Source: Thermoproteota archaeon
GTDB taxonomy: Archaea > Thermoproteota > Thermoprotei_A > Sulfolobales > Ignisphaeraceae
NCBI GenBank assembly: GCA_030550585.1
Contig: JAUQPB010000001.1
Span: forward strand, 320,001 to 384,000
Reading direction: 5' to 3'
DNA: 64,000 bases
Shown one piece after another: positions 9,585 through 19,644 of this stretch. Numbering within the stretch: position 1 is the first letter of the stretch; every line of letters begins with the position of its first letter. Made by a program: the position numbers and the translations under genes. Below the pieces are notes generated by a model. The model saw nothing but the letters and a program-made list of their open reading frames with translations, had not been told where the DNA came from and searched no databases.

Positions 9585-11315
9585 ATGAAGATAATTGATA
9601 TGGTATCAACCTTAGCCAACAACTTTTCCATTATTGAAATGAAAGAGGTTGTAGCTACCCTAGCTAAGTTCCACAGGATACAGGGATCCGATGAACTTAG
9701 ATACGCTGCAGAGTATATCTATAACACCTTGAGACAGCTCAGCACATTTGATGTAAGAAAACATGTTTTTTCATATGGAGAATCCTATGGTTTACACGAC
9801 CCAGTTGCAGGGTGGAATTTAAGTAAATGCGAAGCTGAAGTCATAGAGCCTACACATATACTTCTCTCATCATTTCTCTACACCAAAAATTGTGCTGTTG
9901 CCCATTCCCCACCAGGCACTGTGGAAGGCGAAGTAATATACGTGGGCAAAGGCGATAATGAATCTCTATTGAATGAGGATAAAGTAAGAAACAAGATTGT
10001 TCTAAGCTATGGCAATCCATATATTGTCTACACAAGATTTTCAAAAGCTGGAGCCATAGGGTTCTTATTCTACAAGAGAGGTATCAACGACTCGGCTACT
10101 CCCTACCTATCACTTTTTCTTACACCAGCCGAGGCATCAAATTATACGGCCCCTGCTGTTGCCATACCGAGAAAAAATGCTAACAAGATTCTGTCTTATT
10201 TAGAGAGGGGAGAGAAAGTTGTTGTGAGAATAGATGTCGAATCTAAGTTTGTATCAAATGCTGACATTGTTGTGGTAGAGGCATCACTCAACGATAATGA
10301 TTACGCCGAGGAGATGCATATATTTGCTCATTATTGCCACCCCAGTCATGAGATAAACGACAATGTAAGTGGAGCAGCAACACTAATAGAAACAGTTTTA
10401 TCTTTAGACAGGCTGATTTCCAAGGGCTACATAAAGCACATTGCTAAAAAAGGCATATCTTTTTTATGGTTCCCAGAATACTATGGTACATTACCATTTC
10501 TTATGAAGAGGGTTCTTGATGAGAAAAAATACATCTCTTTTGGAATAAATCTAGATATGATTGGCGAAAAACAAGAAATAACTAAATCGACTCTGAACCT
10601 CGTACTCCCACCCTACTTCATCTCGAATCCCGTATACGAATCGCTCATAACAAAGATACTAATTGATGTGCTATCAACAAACAACCCATCCTTCAACAAA
10701 GTGGCTAATATCATTAGATACAGATTCGATATACTACCATACGAAGGTGGTAGCGATCATGACATATACCTGCAATTCTCAATACCATCAGTCATGCTAA
10801 ACCAATGGCCTGACATATATTATCATACAGACGAGGACGATATACACAAATTAGATTTTGAAATTGCTAAAGCAATTGGAACTTCGATAGGCGTTTTCTC
10901 GTGGATAGTACTAGCCGATCTACCAAAAGAATCTTTTCTTGACGCGTATAAAAGTTTCAGAAATGGGTATAGCAGACTCAAGCTATGTGACACAAATAGC
11001 AATTTGCAAGTCGAAAGCTTTGGGGACAATCATAATGAAAAATATGTGTATGTAGGACCTAAGGGTGTCCTAAGCCTAAGATATATAATGCGAAGACTTC
11101 ACAACAAGCTTGAAGAAATAATGAAGCTGACAGAAGACGATTTTACAAACTTCTTGCTCACAAGATACATACCGTTACTACTTATGATCAAACCACGTAC
11201 TATAGATGAAATAAGAGAAGGTATTTGGAATGAATACTGCAAAGACGTTGACCCTAGAACACTATGGAAGATAATCAATATATTAAAAGAGTTGAATCTT
11301 GTGAAGCCTATTTGA
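9585..11315 (+). CDS. M28-like aminopeptidase with PA domain (DUF4910 family)
   Basis: HRIQGS, AHYCHP, NDNVSG, PEYYGT, NLDMIG, GSDH, YYHT. Confidence 0.85.
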   Translation: MKIIDMVSTLANNFSIIEMKEVVATLAKFHRIQGSDELRYAAEYIYNTLRQLSTFDVRKHVFSYGESYGLHDPVAGWNLSKCEAEVIEPTHILLSSFLYTKNCAVAHSPPGTVEGEVIYVGKGDNESLLNEDKVRNKIVLSYGNPYIVYTRFSKAGAIGFLFYKRGINDSATPYLSLFLTPAEASNYTAPAVAIPRKNANKILSYLERGEKVVVRIDVESKFVSNADIVVVEASLNDNDYAEEMHIFAHYCHPSHEINDNVSGAATLIETVLSLDRLISKGYIKHIAKKGISFLWFPEYYGTLPFLMKRVLDEKKYISFGINLDMIGEKQEITKSTLNLVLPPYFISNPVYESLITKILIDVLSTNNPSFNKVANIIRYRFDILPYEGGSDHDIYLQFSIPSVMLNQWPDIYYHTDEDDIHKLDFEIAKAIGTSIGVFSWIVLADLPKESFLDAYKSFRNGYSRLKLCDTNSNLQVESFGDNHNEKYVYVGPKGVLSLRYIMRRLHNKLEEIMKLTEDDFTNFLLTRYIPLLLMIKPRTIDEIREGIWNEYCKDVDPRTLWKIINILKELNLVKPI

Positions 11316-11423
11316 TATGTGAAGGATTGTTGCAGATCATTTTCTCTTTAATTTTCAAGATGAATTAGAGGCAAACACCTTAATTAAGATGTTGCTCTTC
11401 ATTGTAATCTGATATCACTAGCT

Positions 11424-12167
11424 CTAGGAAATGCTGCCACATACAGGGCAACGTGGATTGCGCTTGATTTCTATGCTTCTAAACTCCATTGAGTAGAGAT
11501 CTACTATCAGAAGTCTGCCGTAGAGAGGGTGACCAGTATTTGTAATGAGTTTTATTGCTTCGGCTGCTTGTAGAGCTCCTAAAACACCTGGCGTAACACC
11601 TATAACAGGCAGAGGATTTCTAACATCGCTTCTTCTGGTCTGTCTTAGAGGTCTTATGCAGTATAGACACGGTGTTTTGCCCGGTATTATTGTTGTGATT
11701 TGTCCATACCATCCCTCTACCCCTGCATGAATCATTGGTTTTCCGTACTTGACGCAAAGCTCATTTAAGAGAAGCCTGTCATCCCAGTTATCCAATGCAT
11801 CTACAACTACATCAGCTATTTTCACAATTTTCTCTCCGAATTCTCTGTCAAATGCTCTATTGTAACACTCCACTTGTATTTTAGGATAGATTTCTTTAAT
11901 TTTCTCACATGCCACCATAGCCTTGGGTTTTCCAATATCAGAATCTTTATATAGAATCTGTCTATTGAGATTGGATAACTCTACATACTCCCTGTCAACA
12001 ACTATTAGTCTACCAACACCTGCATAGGCTAGATATGTTAGCACTGCCGAGCCAAGTCCGCCAGCACCAACAACTAAAACAGTTGCATTTTTCAGCTTCT
12101 CCTGCCCCTCTACACCAAGCAGTCTTATCTGCCTATCATATCTAGAAATCTCGTATTCGTCTAACAT
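11424..12167 (-). CDS. moeB: MoeB/ThiF (UbaA-like) E1 adenylyltransferase
   Basis: RYDRQI, GAGGLG, SNLNRQ, PCLYC, CPVCG. Confidence 0.92.
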   Translation of the reverse strand: MLDEYEISRYDRQIRLLGVEGQEKLKNATVLVVGAGGLGSAVLTYLAYAGVGRLIVVDREYVELSNLNRQILYKDSDIGKPKAMVACEKIKEIYPKIQVECYNRAFDREFGEKIVKIADVVVDALDNWDDRLLLNELCVKYGKPMIHAGVEGWYGQITTIIPGKTPCLYCIRPLRQTRRSDVRNPLPVIGVTPGVLGALQAAEAIKLITNTGHPLYGRLLIVDLYSMEFRSIEIKRNPRCPVCGSIS

Positions 12168-12287
12168 ATTTTCACAGCCCGTTGTTCACAAACCTTTCTA
12201 CAGAGGTATTTGGTTTGTTATTCATCATAGCTTAAATTTTTATTACGTTTCAACAAAAATTGAAATGCTGTGTCTATGTGATAGTAC

Positions 12288-13886
12288 ATGATTTTTGTTG
12301 GGACCCTTGAAATAGTATTTAATAAGCCTTTAAGTAATGAAATGCTCAAGGATGTTGAAAATCTAGTTGAATTTCTCAATAGAGACTATCTTAAGAGGGG
12401 GGCTAAGAGACCAGAAGATGCTGCAACAATAAAAGAGTATAGCATATCATCAAATATTATATCAATGAGAATAGAGACGGGCAGTAGGGTTAGACCAGAC
12501 GAGGCCTCGCTTCGTATAAAAAACGCTTTTGCAAATAATCTAGGGCCTAAGTACAAGATCGGCGTTCGCGACATTATTTTAAAGAATGTTAAAATAGTTA
12601 TAGAAGGTAAGATTAGCATATCATTGAAGTTACCATTCATTCGAAATATTAGTGTAGAAGGAGACAAGAGTGTAATTGAGCTTTCAGAACTTCATGAAGA
12701 AGATTTGAAGAAGCCTCTGTTTCTGCGTCTACTCAGATTAATAGAGGAGAAGGAGAAAAGAATAAAGTGGGGTGGTAAAGCTGAGCACTGGATTCTTATA
12801 AAAAGCAGTGGTGCCAAGATTGAAAAGCCGGTAGTTGAGGATCCAAATAAGATCTTAGAGGACATCGGATGGATAAAGAGAATGAGCATAGGACAGTGGC
12901 TCTATACACCACCAATAACACATCTTCTAAATGCTCTCAAAAAACTGTTTTTAGATGAGGTTGTAAAACCGCTGGGCTTTCAGGAGGCAGTATTTCCAAA
13001 GATGTATCCACTTGAAGTTGGCTTGAAAACAGGCCACTTAAGAGGTGTTATAAACTCTATGGTGTTTGCTTCATTGCCAAGAAGCTATGATATTTCGGAA
13101 TATGAAGAGCTTATAGACAGTATGTATGTAATGGATGAGGTTGAGCCTCAAGAACTCCAAAAATATTTGAGACCCCCATCCTACTTTCTATGTTTTGCTC
13201 AATGCGAGCCGTTCTACTGGTTTTTCGAGAATGAAATAGTTGATGACTCGATCCTACCAGTGAAATGGTTTGATATGAGCGGACCGTCATTTAGATGGGA
13301 ATCTGGAGGAATACATGGTATTGAGAGAGTTATAGAGTTTCATAGAATAGAGATTGTGTGGCTAGGCAAACCAGAGCAGGTTATAGACATTAGGAACAAG
13401 CTTTTAGAAAACTATGAGAAGTTCATGGACAAGGTCCTAGATCTAGAATGGAGAATGGCGTGGGTAACACCATGGTTCTATGAGCAGAGCGGTGTTGTAG
13501 AGGAGGAGCAGAGAGAGATAAACATCAATGTGCCAGGAACTATAGACTTTGAGGCATGGCTTCCATACAAGGGGCCTAGAGAAGACAATAAAAATTGGCT
13601 TGAGATAGGAAATATCTCTATTCACGGCACAAAATTCACAGAGCCTTTTAGAATAAAGCATAACAAAGGCGAGACACTCTGGACTGGTTGCTCTGGCTTT
13701 GGAAGTGAAAGATGGCTTCTAGCATTGCTAGCGCAAAAAGGTTTTGACATTGATAAATGGCCTAAAAAATTTGTAGAATATGTCAAAGAAACCCCATTTC
13801 CACAATCAATATATACTGTAAGCTATCCAAAAACAAAAGAGGGGAAGCAACTTCTAGAGAAGATAATATCTCAATTCAAATGGTGA
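12288..13886 (+). CDS. serS: seryl-tRNA synthetase, type 2 (methanogen-type, Zn-dependent)
   Basis: Alpha/beta N-domain (..KRG..IETG..KYKIGVR), AQCEPFY, FRWESGG.HGIERV.EFHRIE, WTGCSGFG.ERW. Confidence 0.9.
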   Translation: MIFVGTLEIVFNKPLSNEMLKDVENLVEFLNRDYLKRGAKRPEDAATIKEYSISSNIISMRIETGSRVRPDEASLRIKNAFANNLGPKYKIGVRDIILKNVKIVIEGKISISLKLPFIRNISVEGDKSVIELSELHEEDLKKPLFLRLLRLIEEKEKRIKWGGKAEHWILIKSSGAKIEKPVVEDPNKILEDIGWIKRMSIGQWLYTPPITHLLNALKKLFLDEVVKPLGFQEAVFPKMYPLEVGLKTGHLRGVINSMVFASLPRSYDISEYEELIDSMYVMDEVEPQELQKYLRPPSYFLCFAQCEPFYWFFENEIVDDSILPVKWFDMSGPSFRWESGGIHGIERVIEFHRIEIVWLGKPEQVIDIRNKLLENYEKFMDKVLDLEWRMAWVTPWFYEQSGVVEEEQREININVPGTIDFEAWLPYKGPREDNKNWLEIGNISIHGTKFTEPFRIKHNKGETLWTGCSGFGSERWLLALLAQKGFDIDKWPKKFVEYVKETPFPQSIYTVSYPKTKEGKQLLEKIISQFKW

Positions 13887-13893
13887 TTAAAAC

Positions 13894-14574
13894 ATGGGCT
13901 TACTATATCAAGAAGCTGTAAAGAGACCGTTGCTGCAGATAGCATTAGATCTTATAGATTTGAATACAGCTATAGATATCGCCACAAAGTCTGTGAATGC
14001 CGATGTTGATATCGTAGAGATTGGAACTCCGCTGGTAAAATCCTTTGGATTGTATGCTCTACGAGAGATAAGGAAGATTGCAAAAGATAAAATTGTTTTA
14101 GCAGATCTGAAGACTGTTGATGCTATGGCCCTTGAATTCAATCCATATGCAAATGAAGGTGCCAATGCTGTTACAATTCTTGGAATCGTAGAAGATGATA
14201 TAATAAAAGATGCTGTAGAGCTTTGTAAGAGCCTCGGAGTAGATCTAGTTGTTGATTTAATATATGTTCAAAACCCTGTTGATAGGGCATTTAGGCTGGC
14301 AAGCTATGGAGTGAATATAGTTAATCTACATATAGGAGTTGATGTACAGAGAAAAAGAGGTTTGTCTGCAAGGCAATTACTACATGAGGTAGAGGAAATA
14401 TCCCAAAGCGATATCATAGTGTCTGTAGCGGGCGGTATAAAGCATGTTGATATAGATACATTTATTCAAAGCGGTGCAAAAATAATAGTGATGGGTTCTG
14501 CGCTAACGAAAAGTCCTGATCCGTATGAGGCTACTAAGAAAGCTGTTGAAATAATTAGACGGCGATATACATAG
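13894..14574 (+). CDS. 3-hexulose-6-phosphate synthase (OMPDC/HUMPS family)
   Basis: LQIALD, EIGTPL, ADLKT.D, HIGVDVQ, VAGGI. Confidence 0.88.
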   Translation: MGLLYQEAVKRPLLQIALDLIDLNTAIDIATKSVNADVDIVEIGTPLVKSFGLYALREIRKIAKDKIVLADLKTVDAMALEFNPYANEGANAVTILGIVEDDIIKDAVELCKSLGVDLVVDLIYVQNPVDRAFRLASYGVNIVNLHIGVDVQRKRGLSARQLLHEVEEISQSDIIVSVAGGIKHVDIDTFIQSGAKIIVMGSALTKSPDPYEATKKAVEIIRRRYT

Positions 14575-14626
14575 TGTTATAACGGTTAAGGTATTAATTC
14601 AATAAAGTCTTTAACTATCTTTATAG

Positions 14627-14983
14627 GTGATGAAGCTGTCGATAAATGCAGATGAGATGAAAAAGAAGATAATAGATATTTTGAGAAATATTTACGACCC
14701 AGAAATACCAATTAATGTTTACGACCTTGGACTAGTCTATTCGATAAACATTGACGGGAATAAAATAGATGTTATAGTAGGTCTAACATCTCCGTTTTGC
14801 CCAGTAGCACATCTCGTTGCTAAACAGGTTGAGGATGCTTTAAAGGATGCGTTTCCAGATAAAGAAGTTCATGTTAAATTGGATCTTGAGAGAGTTTGGG
14901 ATCCTTCAATGATGACTGAAGAGGGGAAGAAACTATTTAAGATATTGTATGGTTATGACCCTTCTGAGCTCATTCAAAAGTAG
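14627..14983 (+). CDS. DUF59/SufT metal-sulfur cluster assembly factor
   Basis: YDPEIPINVYDLGLVY, LTSPFCP, W.PSMM. Confidence 0.9.
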   Translation: MMKLSINADEMKKKIIDILRNIYDPEIPINVYDLGLVYSINIDGNKIDVIVGLTSPFCPVAHLVAKQVEDALKDAFPDKEVHVKLDLERVWDPSMMTEEGKKLFKILYGYDPSELIQK

Positions 14984-15039
14984 CATTAACGTTTTTATTA
15001 GAGCTATAGCTATAGAGATTCTTGTGCAAGGTGCTAAAA

Positions 15040-15642
15040 ATGTCCTATGAAAGATTAGTAACGGGGGCAACAGCTGTTGGCATCAAGACTGATTCTGGTG
15101 TGGTTCTAGGAGCTGAAAGAAGAATTAGCTATGGAGGATACATTGTCAGCAGAGCAGGTAAAAAGGTCTTTAGAATAGGGGATAGAATGGCCATGGCTGC
15201 CGCTGGCCTTGTCGGCGATATGCAGACATTGCATAGAATATTAAATGCTGAGATAATGTACAGAGAGTTGATTACATCATCTAAAATGAGTGTTAGAGCT
15301 GCCGCCAAGCTTCTTTCAGCAATTTTATACAGCTATAAGCTAATGCCATTTATATCTGAAATAATTTTTGGAGGACATGACGAAAATGGTTATCATCTCT
15401 ATGTTCTAGATCCTGTAGGCTCTGTAATCGAAGACGACTATGCTGCTGTGGGAACAGGAGCACCAATATCTATAGGCATAATAGAAGCTGAATACAAGAA
15501 GGAACTAAGCATAGAGAACGCAATGGAGCTTGCAATTAAAGCTATAAAAGCTGCTATATCAAGAGATGCTGTCTCCGGCGACGGCATTGATGTTATTGCT
15601 ATAACGAAGAACGGTTTTGTGGAGAAGAGTATAACTCTATAA
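15040..15642 (+). CDS. psmB: 20S proteasome beta subunit
   Basis: Short propeptide then TGATAVG, K33-like KKV, DP.GS, RDAVSG; start moved to ATG 15040. Confidence 0.92.
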   Translation: MSYERLVTGATAVGIKTDSGVVLGAERRISYGGYIVSRAGKKVFRIGDRMAMAAAGLVGDMQTLHRILNAEIMYRELITSSKMSVRAAAKLLSAILYSYKLMPFISEIIFGGHDENGYHLYVLDPVGSVIEDDYAAVGTGAPISIGIIEAEYKKELSIENAMELAIKAIKAAISRDAVSGDGIDVIAITKNGFVEKSITL

Positions 15643-15656
15643 CGCTGAGAATAGTA

Positions 15657-16313
15657 ATGAAATTCCTGATAGAAAATGCTAAAAGAGCGCAGACTTTTCT
15701 AAGCTCACGTATCTGCATAACTTCTTTGGGTACTGATATAAATAATGTGAATGTTGTTGGAGGAGCTGATGTTAGCTACAAAAAAGATTGGGGCTGCGCA
15801 ACAGCTGTAGCATATAACATTAAAAGTGATAGCATTTTATCATATGCAACATATTGTGACAAGGTTTCTATACCCTATATACCAGGTTTCCTAGCTTTTA
15901 GAGAGGCCCCTCTAATAATCAAGGCTCTAAATAAATTACTGAACAAAGTTCACATAGAGGTTCTATTCATTAATGGTCATGGTCTCGCCCACCCAAGAAA
16001 ATTTGGCATAGCCTCGCACATAGGCCTGATCTTCAACATGCCTTCAATTGGTATAGCAAAGAATTTGCTCTATGGAGACATAGTTTTGCGTGATAATAGA
16101 GAGGCTATAGTTGTCGAGAACACCGTTGTTGGCTATGTTCTTGTCATCAACTCGCACAGGATATATGTAACCATAGGCCATAGAATAACAGCTGATGAAG
16201 CGGCGAGCCTTGCTATGAGGACATGGAAAAAGGGTTATGCGTTACCTGAACCAATAAGATTAGCAGATGAAATATCGCGAAAAGAGGTTAAAAAATCAGC
16301 AGCAAATCTTTGA
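15657..16313 (+). CDS. nfi: endonuclease V
   Basis: GADVSY, PYIPGFLAFRE, GHGLAHPR..GIASHIG, LPEP. Confidence 0.92.
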   Translation: MKFLIENAKRAQTFLSSRICITSLGTDINNVNVVGGADVSYKKDWGCATAVAYNIKSDSILSYATYCDKVSIPYIPGFLAFREAPLIIKALNKLLNKVHIEVLFINGHGLAHPRKFGIASHIGLIFNMPSIGIAKNLLYGDIVLRDNREAIVVENTVVGYVLVINSHRIYVTIGHRITADEAASLAMRTWKKGYALPEPIRLADEISRKEVKKSAANL

Positions 16314-18284
16314 ACCCATGTCTTCGCTTGCCTCATAACCTTTAAAACTATTCACAAGATCCCTTGCTTCAGGGCTGGCCAGCACCTCAATAAATCTCTG
16401 TATAAACTCTTTTTCCATACTTCTAGCATTTATTGCAAAGTCGTAGAGCTCCCAAGTCAGTGGTATATAGTCTAGGCCATAGCTTTTAGCTGCATACTCA
16501 CTGCAAATACCAACATCAGCTCTATTCTGGGCAATTGCAGCTGCCACACCACTATGTGTAGAAACCTCATACCAATATCCATTAACCCTTCTAGTTAAAT
16601 CATTGAAGCTTAGCCCAAGCTGCTTAGAAAGATCCATAAACAGTTTGTCGATGTAGGCCCTTGTTCCAGAGCCCCTATTCCTATTGACAAACCTTATATC
16701 ATCTCTTAGCACATCATCAAATCCTTTAATGTTTTTAGGGTTACCCTTTCTAAACGCTAATACCAATCTTCTTTTGTAACCCCTTATCAGAACTGCACTA
16801 CTCTTTAATTTTTCATCGTTTTTTATGAACGGTACATTGTATTCGCCGGAGACATGGTCGAAAAGATGGATTGGTGCAATATCTATGTAGCCTTTTCTGA
16901 GGAGATCAAGCCCCTTATAAGACCCTATAAAACTCAGAGAAGTTTTTTGAATTAAATTGAATCTAGATAGCAATATAGTTAACAATATATCGTGGCTCCC
17001 GGCTATTACAGCCTCCTTATCCCTTTCACCAACTGGTATAACCTCTATTTCTTCCCCCTCTTCAATATAGTCCTTTTCCTCTCTCAACACAGCTATACCA
17101 TCTGCTTTTAACAATGATGAGACGCTGCCTGAGGAAGACGATAACAGAATTGCGTATCTTCTTCCGCCAACAAAACTTAGAATCACTGGGGCATACCATG
17201 TTCTTCCAATGTCTTTTCTCACCTTGAATGTTGTCAAGGCCTTGACGAACTTGATTGTTGGTTCCAAACCTTCAAGTCTTTCCAAGACGGGTCTAAGAAA
17301 TGTTGCCGCAATTGTGAGCGCTGAGAGTGGGAAACCTGGTAAGCCAAATAAGAGCTTGCCCTCTCTTGTTACAGCTACAACCGTCGGTTTTCCAGGTTTT
17401 ACCTTAAGTCCGTGAACAATTATTTCCCCTAGCTTCTCAAATACCTTGTAGGTCACATCTTCTTCGCCTGCTGAAGTCCCTCCTGATGTAACAATAACAT
17501 CGTATTTGCCTATCAAACTGCCTAGCACTGCATACACATCGTCTTCGTTATCAGGTAATATGCCATGGTATTCAGCTTCAACACCAATAGACTGCAGATA
17601 AGATGTTACTGCATAGCCATTACTATCATAGATTTTTCCTATGGCCAGATCCTTTCCGGGTGATTCCAATTCATTGCCAATAGATACAACAGCGACTTTA
17701 GGCTTTCTATATACCTTCACATGCTTAATTCCCAAAGCGGCTAAAACCCCTATCTCTAGATATGAGAGCCTCGAGCCTCTATGTAACACTATCTCGCCAA
17801 GTGCTATATCGCTTCCTGCATATGATATGTTTTCCCCTGGGAAAATACCCCTGTATATTGTTACCTCATCGTTTTCCCTATCTACGTACTCCTCCATTAC
17901 AATACCATCTGCACCCCTAGGCACAATCGCACCAGTATCTATAGCAACTGCAACCCCCTCACCAATTTCTATTGATGGGGCCTCACCTATAGAGATTTTA
18001 CCAATAACCTTTAACTTTACTGGGTGGAGCTCATCAGCTCCTTCCACAGATTTTATGGAGACCGCATATCCGTCGACTTCAGATCTATCAAAAGGTGGAT
18101 AGTCTATTGGAGCAAGAATGTCTTCAGCCAACACCCTGTTATAGGCATAAGATATATCTACAGTTTCTATACCAAGAGGCTTCAACAAGTTCAGTTTTTC
18201 AAGTCTTGAAATAGCATCCTCTATAGACAGCAAAGTGTGGAATATCTTTCTTTTTTTATAACCCTTCACAGTATTTTCACCCAT
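16296..18284 (-). CDS. moeA: molybdopterin molybdotransferase MoeA fused to C-terminal PBP-like domain
   Basis: PPFDRS.VDGYA, SGGTSAG, KPGKP, GLPGFP; C-terminal GSHD, NRNRGSGTR. Confidence 0.93.
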   Translation of the reverse strand: MGENTVKGYKKRKIFHTLLSIEDAISRLEKLNLLKPLGIETVDISYAYNRVLAEDILAPIDYPPFDRSEVDGYAVSIKSVEGADELHPVKLKVIGKISIGEAPSIEIGEGVAVAIDTGAIVPRGADGIVMEEYVDRENDEVTIYRGIFPGENISYAGSDIALGEIVLHRGSRLSYLEIGVLAALGIKHVKVYRKPKVAVVSIGNELESPGKDLAIGKIYDSNGYAVTSYLQSIGVEAEYHGILPDNEDDVYAVLGSLIGKYDVIVTSGGTSAGEEDVTYKVFEKLGEIIVHGLKVKPGKPTVVAVTREGKLLFGLPGFPLSALTIAATFLRPVLERLEGLEPTIKFVKALTTFKVRKDIGRTWYAPVILSFVGGRRYAILLSSSSGSVSSLLKADGIAVLREEKDYIEEGEEIEVIPVGERDKEAVIAGSHDILLTILLSRFNLIQKTSLSFIGSYKGLDLLRKGYIDIAPIHLFDHVSGEYNVPFIKNDEKLKSSAVLIRGYKRRLVLAFRKGNPKNIKGFDDVLRDDIRFVNRNRGSGTRAYIDKLFMDLSKQLGLSFNDLTRRVNGYWYEVSTHSGVAAAIAQNRADVGICSEYAAKSYGLDYIPLTWELYDFAINARSMEKEFIQRFIEVLASPEARDLVNSFKGYEASEDMGSKICC

Positions 18285-19483
18285 ATCTTATCACCCCTAT
18301 CAAAACCTTCAACATTTCTGGGAACAGCAAATAACGCATTTGAAATGAGTAGCGATTTTAGTACTCCAGAGCCGTGGAGAAGCACAGGCTCAGTACATAG
18401 CTCATCTCCACATCTAAATATTCTTGCTCTAACAAATGTATCGTATCCTATAGATCCACTCACCTTCTTTGTTACTAGGGCTGGAACCTCGACAAACATT
18501 TCATCGCTTATTCCTAGTGCTTTGAATAGAAAGTTGAGTACCACAACGTTCAAAGCTATATATGCAGCCACTGGAAAGCCTGATAGAAGGAAAACAGGTT
18601 TATTCTCTATAACAACTATAGATGTTGGTCTACCAGGCTTCATAGCAAGTCCTCTCGCGATTATTATCGGATTTTTGTCAATGTTGATAACAGCATTAAA
18701 GGTTTTGTCATGGTCGCTAGGACCTGTGCCGCCAGTAATTACCAAGATTTGATTTTCGTTAAGGGCCTTTAGCACCGCCTCTTTTATTTGCTTTTCATCA
18801 TCTTTGATAATGCCATACCATTTGGTGTTTATAAAACGATATTCTGAGAGTGCGGCTCGTATAAGTATCGAGGTTGAGTCGAGTATAAAGCCCTCTTCAT
18901 ATGCTCTAATACCATATGTTGGTTCCACAACCTCAGAGCCTGTTGCAATAACTCCTATAGAGATCTTTTCGAAAACCCTTATCCTTGTTATTCCGAGGGC
19001 CGAGAATATTGCTACATGCACTGGTTTTATTATTTCTCCTTTCGATGCTATCTTCTCTCCTGCTTTAATATCTTCTCCTCTTCTAGAAACATTAGCATAT
19101 TTTGACAGTGGTCTTGTCACATAAATTGTGTTGCTATCCCTTATAACATCCTCTATCATTACTACAGCATCAGCTCCTATAGGCATTTTCTGTCCTGTAA
19201 CAACAGGTATCGCTTCATCACATGAGTTTAGAGCGTCGCCAAACTGTATTTTCAATGGAATTGGATTGTTTGGGGATGCTGATGACACAGCCCCGCTACA
19301 TATTGCATAACCGTCAACAGCACTTCTATCAAATAGCGGAAGGTCTATAGGTGCATAAACATCTTCGGCTAGTACCATACCAACGGCATTATCCAATTCA
19401 ACTTCTGCAAAACCTAACTCTAACTTAACATGCTGTAATAGCGATTTCAATGCTTCTTCAATAGGCTTATAATGGTATATCAT
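18266..19483 (-). CDS. moeA: molybdopterin molybdotransferase MoeA
   Basis: FDRSAVDGYA, TGGTG, MKPGRP, GFPVAA. Confidence 0.93.
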   Translation of the reverse strand: MIYHYKPIEEALKSLLQHVKLELGFAEVELDNAVGMVLAEDVYAPIDLPLFDRSAVDGYAICSGAVSSASPNNPIPLKIQFGDALNSCDEAIPVVTGQKMPIGADAVVMIEDVIRDSNTIYVTRPLSKYANVSRRGEDIKAGEKIASKGEIIKPVHVAIFSALGITRIRVFEKISIGVIATGSEVVEPTYGIRAYEEGFILDSTSILIRAALSEYRFINTKWYGIIKDDEKQIKEAVLKALNENQILVITGGTGPSDHDKTFNAVINIDKNPIIIARGLAMKPGRPTSIVVIENKPVFLLSGFPVAAYIALNVVVLNFLFKALGISDEMFVEVPALVTKKVSGSIGYDTFVRARIFRCGDELCTEPVLLHGSGVLKSLLISNALFAVPRNVEGFDRGDKIWVKIL

Positions 19484-19578
19484 ACCATCATTCCAGAGGG
19501 GCTATGATCAAATCAAAAACAGATTCCTATGCAACCAATATAAGTTTATTTTTGGATAAACTTGGATTATATAGTTAA

Positions 19579-19626
19579 ATGATGATGTAGCTGAGCTCTG
19601 AATAGTGATGTACCCGGATTGTCTGA
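19579..19626 (+). ncRNA. C/D box sRNA
   Basis: C ATGATGA (19579), 12-nt guide, D' CTGA (19598), C' GTGATGT, 11-nt guide, D CTGA (19623); intergenic. Confidence 0.85.
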
Positions 19627-19644
19627 CACATTCATTTACCCGCA

